DNA of 64,000 nt, taken from the NCBI GenBank assembly GCA_010093815.1, contig ML996580.1; one strand, 5' to 3'. The DNA comes from Pseudovirgaria hyperparasitica. Taxonomy: Eukaryota. The notes beneath the pieces were generated by a model, which was given only the letters and a program-made list of their open reading frames with translations, did no database searches and had not been told where the DNA came from. Shown one piece after another: positions 14,001 through 26,938 of this stretch (its first letter is position 1; each line of letters opens with the position of its first letter). Made by a program: the position numbers and the translations under genes.

Positions 14001-15541
14001 GCGTTAGTTAGTCTAAAAGGGACTATAGTATACTTAAAGTATCTATAATAGGTCCTAAAAGCCGTTTTCTATTTATCGCCCTCCTTAATATAAAGGCGAT
14101 AGTAGACGTTATATAGATTAAGCTTAGTAAAGATCTTTATACGTTCTAGTCTATTAATAGACTTAGAGATAAGAGGTAGTAGATAACGATTCTTTCGCGT
14201 AATATTATTTAGACTATAGTAGTTAATATATAGATAGAGGCTCCCATTCTTCTTCTTTATAAAGAGGATTAGAGCTCCGGCTAGGGATATACTAGGTCTA
14301 ATCTATTCTCGCGTAAGGTTCTTTTTAATATATTCTTAAAGGGCTTATAACTTAGGTTCTAAAAGAGGGTAGATAGGTCTATATAGAGGTTACTAGCCGT
14401 CTTTAAGATTAATAGTAAGGTTAGTAGATTAGTATTAAGGTAGTTTAGAGAAATTAATCGCTAATATAATATATTAGTATATTTTATACTAATATAGTAG
14501 GTTTTCATCTACTTTAATACTAAGCTCGCTATTTTACGTAAGTAAGAGTACGTAGATAGTAGAGATCGCCTTCTTATAATCTTTCTAGAATTATTTATTA
14601 TTAATAAGCTATACTAGTTCCTATTAAGGTAGGTTTATATACTAACTAGCTATCTTCTTAAGAAAGTCTAGTTTTAGATTATATTTCTTAAGCTATAGTA
14701 TACCTAGAATTATATTAAAGGGACTATCTACTATAATAAAGGTTAAGTAGTAGAGTTTCTATTTCCCTCCGCTATCCTAGATACTATATTTAATAGTATA
14801 GGTACCGTATAACTTAATAGGACTGTCGATACCATAGAATATAGTACCTATTAGAGCTTAGATATCGGCGTTAAGTTCTTATACTTATTAGGTCGATATA
14901 ACGTTAGTAGCCGACCTACTATTAAGTATTATAGTCTAATATTATCTATAAGGGATCTTAATAGGTCTAGCCTATAGTTTAATATACTATTTAGCGGATT
15001 ACCCCTCTATTATAGTTATATCTATAAGTCGCGAGGGTTTCTTATAGGCTATTAGTTTTTTATATTCTATGCTAGATAGTTAGGCGCGATATATTCTAGC
15101 TACTAGCACTTATAGTATATAACTAGTTAGTTAGTTATATTAGTACTTAATAGCTTCCCTAAATAGTAGTTAGGTACTATATAGTCTATTCTACTATAGA
15201 TATAGTAAGTAACTTTAGGTTATTTATATAAGTTAGTCCTTATATCTCGATATATTAATTAGTAGAGAGATCTATAATATGATCCTCGTGGTTTTAAATT
15301 TAAGGTATAGTAGTAGCCTTATAACGTTCTATAAGATCTATTACTAAATTAGTTTTAGTTAGATAATTTTATATTAGATTAGATTATTAGGGATAGTCGT
15401 GCACTAGCGCGGTATTAATTATTTATTATATACTAGTATCGCTCTATAAGGTTTATAAGAGCTTAGAGGTCTATAGAGATTATTATTATAAGGTCGAGAC
15501 GGTCCTTTATATTTAGGGCGAGGGACTATTTAAAGTCGTCG

Positions 15542-15769
15542 TATAAGAATAGGGTTATTAGATAGTAGTATAGTTAGATAGAATAATAGAGTATATTCTA
15601 TTATAGAACGAATTACTACTAAACCCTTTTAGTAGAAATCTAAGAGTATATATATAAAGGGACGCCGATCTATCTAGTACGTAACTATTTACCGCCCTTC
15701 ACGTTACCTCCTAACCCTATTAGCTAAGGTACGTATAGATCGGGTCCTACCTAAGGCTAAGTCCTAATA
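15542..15769 (-). repeat. 3' LTR of element C (228 bp)
   Basis: Matches 22702-22929 at offset 7160; purine-rich tract on the minus strand adjacent at ~15770-15787. Confidence 0.9.
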
Positions 15770-18700
15770 ATTATCTCTTTACTCTAGGAAGCTACTCTTA
15801 GCGACCTAGATCGTTACCTATCTCTATATCCCTATCCTAAGTCTTGTAAGACCTTAGTCGTTCTCTATGCTTCGTCTTAGATACTTACTAATATTTACTA
15901 ATCTAAGATTTATATAAGCGTTTTCCTAATAAACTAGATTTTATCTATCTTAACTTCTTATATAGGTAAGATAATCTAATTAGGCCTAGCGTATCACGTA
16001 ATATAATTAGATAAGCCCGGGTACTACCTATATTAAAATCTTTTCTTAGAAATATTCCTTTCTTTAAAAAACTTCTTAACTCTTTATAGAGTTTTTTAGA
16101 TTATTAGGTATATCACCCGATCCTTATAGATATAGATTTATATAGATTTACTATAATTTAGTACGATTTACATAATTTACTAATTTTTATACTATCCTTA
16201 GCTAGTAATAATATAATTCGTAATAATCCGTATAAATTAATAATAATTATAATATAGTTTCCCGAAATCTCGACGCTCTAAAGTAATTAGTACGGAAATA
16301 GGCGCTTTTAAATAATCCCTATCTTATATACATTACCGATATATCGAAAGCTATTAATCTACCCTGACCTAGGCCGGGCTCTAATAATCTAGCTATATAT
16401 TATTATAGTTATCGCTTTCTATCGTATATTACTTATAGCGGTACTAAATCTATAATATATAGTACTTATATAACTAAGAAGCGTTATTACTTATAGGTAT
16501 TTAAATAAGTTCGAAGAACTTTATATAGATTTACTTATATTAGTATAGATTACTACTAGGCCTCTAGTAACCCCTACTAATAAGGAGTATAGTACTACTA
16601 ATTATAATACCTTAGAGAAGGCTTTCTATAAGCTATATATCTAAGATAAGGGTTACGCCTAGGAGTACGATTCTAATAAGATCTATAAGGATTTATTAGA
16701 ATCTACTATAGCTATTATTACCGCGATTACTAGGTAATATTATTTTTCTTAAATTATTATAGATTCTTACTAATATATATTAATCTCTATAATAGTACTA
16801 AAATCTCTACTACTTTAGACTTCTTTCTATATACTAGTAATATTAAAATTCCTAGAAAAGGTTCTAGTAAAAAGGCTAAGGTTCCTTCCTCACGCGTGCT
16901 AAAGAGCTATAAATTTAGGGAAGATAGCTCTAATCTAGAAGTTTCTATACTAAAGGTATATAGTTCTATACCGATTATTAAATCTTTTCGCTAATTTATA
17001 TAATTCTTAGCGTGCCCGCGCTAGTCCGTCTCTCTCTATTCTAGATCCCGCTACTCCGTAGGTTTCTATAGAGGAGTTTATAGCTATAAGGCGCGCTATA
17101 TAGAATTTATAGTATTAGAACGAAAGGCTAGAGACTTATATTATAAAGCTCTATACTATACTAAATAAGAACTAGCGGAAGGAATTAGATATAACTATCG
17201 CGGTAATTAGTACTTCTACTCCTACTCCGACTTAATTAGTTTAGATCTATACTAATTAGTACTAATATATCTCTTTTATCTAGCGTTTTTAGTTTTTTAG
17301 TTTTAATTTTAAAGCAATCTTACTTCTTCTAGATAGATTAATACAAGTTTATATAAATCTATATAGATCTTTATATTTTCTTTTAGCTTTCTTAATTTTA
17401 TCTTTCTTTAATAATAACTTCTTTAATCTCTTTAGTAATCTATACCGATCTATACTAATCGGCACCGATTTTTAATATCCATTTCTCTTAGTAAATTATT
17501 TTTCTAAGTCTCTTTTTTAGTTAAATTTTTTAAAGTTCTAAGTTCGAACTTTCTAAGGAAGTTCCTTAATTCCTTAGAATGTTTTAAAGATCTATATCTC
17601 TTTTACCTTCTTCCTTTTAGACGGCCGTCCTTAGTACCGAACTATACTAAAAAATGTTAAATCACTGTACTTTAGTATAATTCTCTATAATTCCGTAGCT
17701 TCCTTTACTAATTACTACTTATATACTAATATTGCTACTTTACTAATATTTATTATAGGTTCCTAAGTATCTTCGTTAGGATTATATCCTTTCTAATAAA
17801 TTTTATATAGCTACGTGCTATCTTCGGCGCGTTACTAGCTAAGTATCTACTTAACTTTATAGATATCTATACCTTCTTACGTAACTACTTTATATAGTAT
17901 CTATTTAGAATAATCTAGTAATAATAAGGCATGAAATAGCTCGAGAAGTATAATATAGAATATATTATATATCTTTAACGTAGAAGGGAGTTATAACTTA
18001 TACATCTAGTTATTAATTATACGAATAATCTTATATAGATCTATTATTATATAGTTAAGCTTCTTCTTTAGCCTAATACTATAAATATTCTTACTATTTA
18101 GTAAAACTTTATCCCTAATATTAAAGATCATGGGTTTTCTACCCTTATTATAGTACGATTTACTATAATTCGTAGTATCTTATAGTAACTTTATAACGCT
18201 TCTTTACGTTTAGAATAGTTCTATAGTAATTTCTATTACTTTAACGTTAGGTCGTTCTACTTTAAACTAAGTCCCTAAGAACTATATATTATAGTTCTAA
18301 CCGAAGTTTACTTTGAACGGACTTACGTAGGTTAATATATATCGGCTATTATTATACGCGAATTCCGCGATATAGACTAACCTTACCTAGTTATCCTACT
18401 TATAGTTATAATATACGCGTAAATACGCCTCAACTATCTAATTCTACCGCTCCGTCTATCTATCTATTTATAGATAGAACGTAGTACTAAGTTTCCGCTT
18501 AATTCCTAGTGTATAGTAGAAATCCTTCTAAAATTTAGACGTTATCTACGGACCTCTATCCGAAACTATACTATTCGGTATACTATAGAGCCGGACTACG
18601 TCACGGAGTAGTATATCTATAAGATCCGGTACTTAGATTATCTTCCTTATAGAGATATAGTATAATATCTTCGTAAATCTATCTAGAACTATAAGTAAAC

Positions 18701-21700
18701 TATTATAAATATACCTAGAATACTTACTTAGGGGTAGATCTATAATAAAATCTATTAATAATTCCTTCTATACCTCCTTTAGTATAGGTAATAGCCTTAA
18801 TTCGCTATATAGTAAGTGTCTATATACTTTCGTATACTAGTAAACGTTATACGTTTTTACGTAGTCTTTTATATATTTATAAAGACCCGGCTAGTCGTAC
18901 GTCCCTCGGATTAAATCGACCGTCCTTATAATACTAAAGTACCCTACTAACGCGTAATCGTACTATTCCCTTAAAATATTAATTTATAAGCCGCCTTCTA
19001 GCACGTAGAGTCGGCCTTAGAAGTAGATCGCGTCTAATCGTCGTTTCTATCTTAATAACTACGGCGGATCTATAGCGCTTTCTTTTATACTTATAACTTT
19101 CTTTACTAATATATTAGAATTCTAGGTAGATTTAATTAAGTCTTTAAGGGTTTTCTTAGTTTCTTAGACATTTATTTAGATTACTTAATACCCGCTCTAA
19201 TTCCCGCGGAGAATTACCGAAAGTGTCCTAGCTTCTAGTATTCTATTAGATAACTAGTCTTATAGTATCTAAAGTATAGTATAGTCTAACTTATACCGAC
19301 TATCTATATTATTCTATAATGATTTCTTATAATCTTTACGCCGCGATAGAGGATTAGCTTTATTCTCTCTTCTAGCTTTATATAAGATTTTAAAGTTAAA
19401 TATTAATATCCACTTAGCCTAATATACTTATCGGCGATTAAGGACCTTAGTTAATATAAAGTAACGTAGATTTACGTGATCCGATAATAATTTAATCTAA
19501 TATATAGAGCCTTCTAAATAATATTACTATTACTTAAAACTCTTAACGATTACGAGTAGTTTCTAGTCGTGTATATTATAACGCGTCTCTATATCCGCCA
19601 TTTTATAGGAAAAGAAAGCGACCGGGTACTATTATACCTTATCTTTTATATCTTTATACGGTTAACTAATAATTCTAGTAATTACGAATCCTAACGCGTT
19701 AGTTTTAACCTAAATATACTTCTTAGAATCGTAATACCTAAGAATCGGCGTAGTTATAAAGTAATTCTTTAATGATCGGAACGCATCTCGCGCTTCCGGC
19801 GTTAACTATATCTTAACTAACTTAGCTTTATACTATGCTCGCCTACCTATAGGGATTTTACCGCCATTCTCTATAAGTTTATTAAGCGGCGCCGTAATTC
19901 ATAAGAAGCCTATAATGAATTTATGATAATAGTTTATAAAACCTATAAATATTCTAATTTAACGTATAGTAGTAGGTTCTAGCCATTCTATAATAGTCTT
20001 TACACGCTCCGGCTCCATTTTTAGGCCGCTATATATTATAATAAAGCCGAGAAACCTAACTTCTTATTAGTGAAACTCGCATTTAGATAATTTTACGTAG
20101 AGTTTATACTACCTTAGATAATTTAGTACTAATTTCACGTGTCCTTTATAATCCTATATACTATCGGAGTAAATTAGTATATTATTAAGATAAACTACGT
20201 AAATCACGTTAAGTAATCCTACGAGTATAGTATTAATATATCCTTAAAACGCTCCTAGTATATTTATTAGCCCGAATGGCATAATAGTATACTTAAAATA
20301 ACTATATCTAGTCCGAAATGCGGTTTTCTACTTATCTCCGCAATAAATTTAAAGCCGGTAATATATATCTCGTAAATCTAGCTTCGTAAAGTACTTTACC
20401 TTTATTAATTAGTCTAAAGATTTACTAACTAGCGGTAATAGATAACGATTCTTCTTAGTTACTATATTTAGTGCCTAATAGTCGACGTATAGACGTAAAC
20501 TTCCGTCTTTCTTCTTTATAAAGAGAATAGATACGCCGGCTAATAATATACTATAATATATCTAGTCTCTTCTAAGGTATTCTTTAATATATTTATAAAG
20601 AACTTCGAGTTCTAGTCTTAAAAGTAGATAAAGTAGACTATAAGGGACGTCTACTCCCTCTTTAAGCTCGATCTTTAGCTTATACGGCCCGTAATTAGGG
20701 AGAAGTAATATATCTCCTACCGAAAACATATCCGTATACTACGAATATACGTTAGATAGCGTGTCTTCGCCCCGATTATTACTATTATCCTTATCTTTAT
20801 TAATAATTAATAAGGATATAAGATAGATTAGTAACGATCGGGTCTACATGGCAAGGTTCTATGCCTCCTTACTAATAGTTACGACTTACTAGTATAATTT
20901 ACTATAGTATTATCGGAACGTTAATATCTCCTTCTAAAAATTAAGGATTAGGTTTAGGCGTCTAAGCTAAGGCATCCCTAGAATTATATTCTATTAGCTA
21001 ATATTAGCCACGATAAATTTATTAGATATCTACTATTTTATTATCTTTAAGTTATGAACTTCGTAATTCGTTATAGCTTTATCTAAAGTTCTAACTTTAT
21101 ATCTATTAACTATAATAGTTTAGCTAACTTTACTAAGATCGTATAATAATCTATACTCCTTTATAAGAATTAATAAAATATAGTTATCTTCTATACTAGT
21201 ATCCACGAGGGCCTATATAGTTTTATTACTATTTACTATAGGTAATAATACTTTTAGTAATATTAGGTCTTTACTCGCCGGAAGGCGCTACGGCTTCTTC
21301 TAAGTATATATAATTTAGCTAAGGACGCGGTTAGATCTCGTGTACTAGCCTATTCTTTTTTCAGATTCTTATAGTTAGGCGAAATATATTCTATTTCTCT
21401 ATACTTATAGTAATAAAGTACGCTATAATCCTACTATTTTACGATAGGCATTATATTTAAGTCTATGCCTTATCCTTTTCCGCGTTAAGAAGTACCACCT
21501 TAATTATTTTAGTATCCTCTTAACGCGTTTCTACCCTAATTTATACTCTTCTAGTACTAATCGTGGTAAGGTTACTCTTAATTAAACGTATTCGATTGAC
21601 CTCGTTTCTAACCTATATAGAGTTCGTCGGTTTTACCTAGAGAGCCACGTTCCTTAAGAATACGGTAGTATTTATTAGCTTTCTCCTCTAATTTATATAG

Positions 21701-22701
21701 ATAGTTAAAACTTAATAATACTATTTCTAGTCTTTCGTGGATTAACGGAAGTAGTACTTTACGAAACTAGAATATATAAATATTTTCCTATAGTATAGAG
21801 ATATTATTCTATAGGTTTTAGAGATATTATAGTAGTTAAGTAGGTGTCTAGTTCGGTCGTTATACTATACTTCTTAACTTAGATAGTATCTTTCTTTTAC
21901 GTTCTCTATCTGTTCTAAGGGTGTTTAGTATAAATATAGCTAAATATTTCTAGGTTATTATAGATAGTAGCTAGCTATACTTCCTTCTATCTATTCTATT
22001 AATCGCGGGATTATAAGTCTAGGTATCGTTCTCCGAATAAAATATATTATACTTTAGTAGAAAAGAGTAGAGGGTTATCGAGGAAGTACTTTTCGTAGTC
22101 TCTCTTCTAGTCTTTCTACTCCTTTTAGTTCTTCCCTATAAATATAGTCGGGTTTTTAGATTTTAGTATATCTAGAGAAGAAGTAGAGTAAATTAGTAAC
22201 GAAGCGGCCGGGTATATGGTAGATTATCGTAACTCTAATAGTAGATAAACTAATTCCGCCTAAATTAGTATAGGAAGTCGTCTACCTACTATTGTTCGGC
22301 GTAGTTCTTTAAGAGACTTCTTAAGTTCTTATCTCTTTATAAGGAGTTTCGCGCGTTCTATCTATTCTTTAAGAGTTTAAATCTCTCGAGTCTAATTCGC
22401 GATATATTTCTAAAGTTTAGTAATAGTTTATTATAATACCTTATATAGCTCCGCCACGACTCGTTATCCGACTTTATATTATTAGAAGTTACTTAGTATA
22501 TCTACTATTTCTTCGTCTAAAAGCTCCGTAATTTAGTCTAATATCTCTACTTCTTAGTTAGAAATAGCTAGAATTAATTCTAATTATAGAGGATCCCTAT
22601 TATTTAATATAGTATTACTTATCTCTATAGTAGATTATATCGACCTTCTCGGTTCTAGTTAGACTATCTTAACTATAGTACTATATAGAGAGTAATTTAA
22701 A

Positions 22702-22929
22702 TATAAGAATAGGGTTATTAGATAGTAGTATAGTTACATAGAATAATATAGTATATTCTATTATAGAATAAATTACTACTAAACCCTTTTAGTAGAAATC
22801 TAAGAGTATATATATAAAGGGACGCCGATCTATCTAGTACGTAACTATTTACTACCCTTCATACTATCTTCTAACCCTGTTAGCTAAGGTACGTACGAAT
22901 CGGGTTATATCTAAGGCTAAGTTCTAATA
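22702..22929 (-). repeat. 5' LTR of element C (228 bp)
   Basis: Matches 15542-15769; TATA-like run ~22806-22818. Confidence 0.9.
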
Positions 22930-25900
22930 GATATATAGAGTAGAGGTACTCTTAGAAGGCTACCTACGGATAGTACCGATAGGACTATAGTATCTAGAAA
23001 TATCTATATAAAACCTAAGGGGACTATATACGTAATAAAGACACTACTAAATACTCTAACTATAATAGAAATTACCTATTATAGTTAGCGATATATATAA
23101 AATATAAATAAGTTACTAAGTATATTAACGCTATAAAGGAGAGAGGAGTAAGATAGATATAATAGGCTACGAAGCCTCTACTATCTACTCTAACTATACC
23201 CGCGAATATACTAACTAACTTATAAGAAGGCGGGTCTAATATATAATAGTATACTATATAGAGGAAGATAGGGCGACTCTAGAGTATTCTTAAGGTAGCT
23301 ACCGCGTGGGGATAGTCACGCCTTAACGCTACTAGTATATAGACTTAAGCGTTCCCTAGCACCTAATAAGAAGCCGAGATATACTTATTATTATATAGGT
23401 AAATATATAATATAAACGAGAAAACCAGGCTACGCTTCTAGAAGAGATAGATACCGTAATAATAGCTATCTAGGAGCTATATAAATACTACCAAACTAAT
23501 AAACTAACGATATACCTAGAATACTATACTATCTACCCTCCGGACCTAGATAGGAGAGTCCTATTCTATATATATAAGTCTATCCCGCTCTTAGAATAGT
23601 CCTATATAGAATAGGATAACCTCTAGATAATACTATATCTCTAGATAGAAATAGGGCCTCTCTATATCTATAATATCTATAACTAGAGAGAATCGCTTAT
23701 ACCGGATACTATACTAGAGGGCATTATAGAACTAGAATAATATATCCTTCTAGGCGATTTTAACCTCTACTATAGATAGTAGAGAGGCCTAATAGTTACT
23801 AGGGAAGAGCTTAGGGTAAGGGAACTATATACGAGGTGCTATAACCTTCTATACCTTCTTACGCTAGTTAGATAAATTATATAGAGGAAATATAAGAAGA
23901 ACAAGGAGGGATCTATACTCGACCTTACCCTCGCTATAGAATATATAAGCTATAGAGTATAATATTACTATCCTAGTAAGACGTAGACGGACTTAGACTA
24001 TAAATATATAGAGACTATAATAGATATATCTATATCTAACGAATAATAGGGGAGATAGCTATAGAAAGATACTAACTAGAAGAAGTATAGGGAGGACCTA
24101 GAATTAATAATTCTAGACCCCTCTATAGTCGACGTATCTAATAGCCCGGCTATAGATAGAGCCGTATAAGTCCTTCTTTAAGCCTTCTAAAGCTTAAGAG
24201 ATAAACACGTGCTATACTAAATATATAAGCCCCTAGATATAAGGGATATACCTTAAATATATAAAAGTAGAAGGGAAGCCCGGAGACTATATATATATAT
24301 ATACTATATCTAGATAACTAAGGTATAGAAGGAATAGAAAGAGGTAATCTAATCTTGTGATAGGACCCTCTATAATAAATAATATAAATACTAGTATATA
24401 ATTACTAATAAATATACACGCTAGGCCGTAGAGCTATAGTATATAGTAAAGTAGGCTAAGGGCGCGGACGTACCGACGCTACTACTACTAATACCTCCTC
24501 TAATATACTAGGGAAGAATATATACCACGAGCCCCAAAAAGATAGAGATCCTCTAAGAAGTTATATTTCCCCCCCTAGAGCTAGTAGACCTATTAGATAT
24601 TAATAATAATATATATCTAGACGCGGTTAATATCCCTATAGAGATTATAGAAGAAGATATACTTAATACTATTAAAGTACTCCTAAACGATAAAGCGTCT
24701 AGACCGGATAGAATACTAAATAGATACCTTAAATATACTATATAAGTAACCCTACTACTTATTAGTCTTATCTTCTAGATATATACTAAGAACGGATACT
24801 ACCCCTAAAGCTTCTAGACTATCTATACTATTATACTCCTAAAGCTAGGGAAGAACCCTAACTCCCTAAAAGGATAGAGACTAATTACTCTCCTCTTCTA
24901 TCTTAGTAAGATACTTAAGACTATGATCGCGAAGAAGATAAGTACTATACTATAAGAATATAATCTTCTTCTAGTAAACTAGAAGGTAAAGACCGGGAGC
25001 TCCCTAATTACCGCTATCTAATATATTCTTAAAGTTATCTAGACTATATAGAAGTAGAGACGCGTAGTAATATTACTCTCCCTTAATATAGCCGGCGCAT
25101 TTAATAAGGTAAACCATATAAGACTTATCTATAATCTATAGAAGAGACGTATACCCGAATAGATTATAAAGTTTATATAGTCCTTCCTTGCTAAAAGAAT
25201 CATCTAGATATATATCTCTAGATATTAAAGTATATATAAGAAGATAATATATAGTATTCTATAAGGGAGTACTATCTCTCTAATCCTCTTTCTCTTCTTT
25301 ACTATAGACCTTCTATAGAGGATATAATATATAGAGGTAGTAGAATACGCCGACGATATATACCTCCTAGCTATTAATAATAATACTAGTTTAATATATA
25401 ACCGCCTTAAATAAGACCACGTAAGATATATCTAGTAGGTAAAGTACTACGGAGTAAAGTTTACCCCTAAGAAATACTAACTTATATACTTTATTAACTA
25501 CTATAGAAGATAGGCTACTAAGGAAGGAGAGTAATATCCTAGAATAGATGCTTTTACTAAACTACCGATATAGAGTATATATATACTTAGTATTATAATT
25601 AATAATAAACTTAAATAGAGTCTATAGGTTATATATATAGTATCTAGGGCCCTTAAGATAGAAGCTACTATATACTGGATTACGGCCTCTATATAGGGAA
25701 CCGCCTAGAATAAGGCGCGCTAACTATATATCTCTATAGTACGACCCGCCTTTACATACGGATATAAGTACTAGTATATAGCCCTTATATAGGCTAGGCA
25801 AATAAAGCTTAAGTCTATATAGAACTATATACTACGCCTTATATCTAGCGTATATAAAGCTACTAATATAGTACTTCTATAACGCGAGATAAACGTAATA

Positions 25901-26938
25901 AGTATATAGAACTTCTACTAGATATAGAGGGTAATATACTTTACTAAATAATAAGTATAGAAACGTAAGGGACATGCCGAATATACCTTTACCGCGCTAT
26001 ATATATAAGTTAGTATCTACTATTAAATACTACTATGTATAGACTAGACTCGACTATAATATAAGAGTCTAATAGAAATAGATTTAAACTAAATTATATA
26101 AGAGATCGGGGATAACCTAGACGCCTCTCTAGACCGGTAGAACCCTTAGAAGCTTATATGGGCTATACGGTCGTAGACCTAGAATAAATAGAAGGAAGTT
26201 CTCCGGACCTATTAGATATTCTAATAGAATAGGTACCTAGAATAGATTTAGGGACTATAGAAGAAACTAAGTAGATAGATATATAAGGGGCTTACGAAAG
26301 CCTAAGTATCTATCCTCCTCTAAGCCCGGATAGAAGCTATAGAATTTCTATACTATCTATACTAGAGGGGTATCCTAGATACGTCTCTATAGTATAAAGT
26401 ATATAGCCGGAGAGGTATAATATAGTACTACCTTATAATATACCTAGACTTCTATATATAGAGATAATTACTTATCTATATAATAAGGACCTCTAATATT
26501 ACGCGGTAGCTTAATAAGTACCCTAAGAAGATCGCCCGGTAGATACTTATATATCTCTCTCTCCTCTAATACTAATAGACCCGGATATATATACTAGAAG
26601 TAACTAGGTATATACTAGATAGACCCCGGTATACGCCGGAAGAACCCTAGGAGAACCCTAATTATTAGTTAAGAGTAACCCTTAACTAATAACCCCCGTA
26701 CTCTATACGTGCTACCTAAGGGTAAAATAACGGTACTATAGACTATAGGCCTATAGGTATTTCTAATAGCTATATACTTAAGATAATATAGAGGTTTTAT
26801 AAGATATAGTTATAGAGAGAAGGGAGTTTTTCCTTATATAAAGGTTTCTTCTTATATAATAGCTTAGACTAGAGAAGGTATACGCCTATAGAGTAAACTA
26901 CTCTATCTAGTTATATAATAATATTATTATTATTATTA
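22930..26938 (+). mobile_element. Tad1-like LINE L1, 5'-truncated within ORF1 (diverged relative of L2/L3)
   Basis: End of ORF1 cysteine knuckles; endonuclease LGDFNL ~23750; RT (G)I(P)(Q)GSTIS(P)ILF ~25250-25300 and intact YADD at 25345-25356; (ATT)n tail ~26922-26938. Confidence 0.92.
26662..26692. repeat. Shared palindrome, L1 3' copy
   Basis: TTATTAGTTAAGAG-TAA-CCCTTAACTAATAA. Confidence 0.9.

Larger units (their letters stand above)
8705..15541 (-). mobile_element. Chromoviral Ty3/Gypsy element B, heavily RIPed, interrupted in gag by element C
   Basis: Minus strand: gag knuckle (de-RIP CYKCQQPGHIAPNC) ~15075-15120; slippery AAAAAAC+TAA 15061-15052; RT IVYLD(D)ILI ~13915-13945; integrase ~11900-12650; chromodomain (E)NT(W)EP ~11420-11450. 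Confidence 0.9.
15542..22929 (-). mobile_element. Chromoviral Ty3/Gypsy element C, two LTRs, 7388 bp, RIPed
   Basis: Direct LTRs 15542-15769 and 22702-22929. Gag knuckle (de-RIP CYKCGEMGHISPNC) ~21375-21415; RT VVYL(DD)ILIYS ~20165-20200; chromodomain YKI(H)(W)KGY..(D)EDT(W)EP ~17750-17865. Confidence 0.95.
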
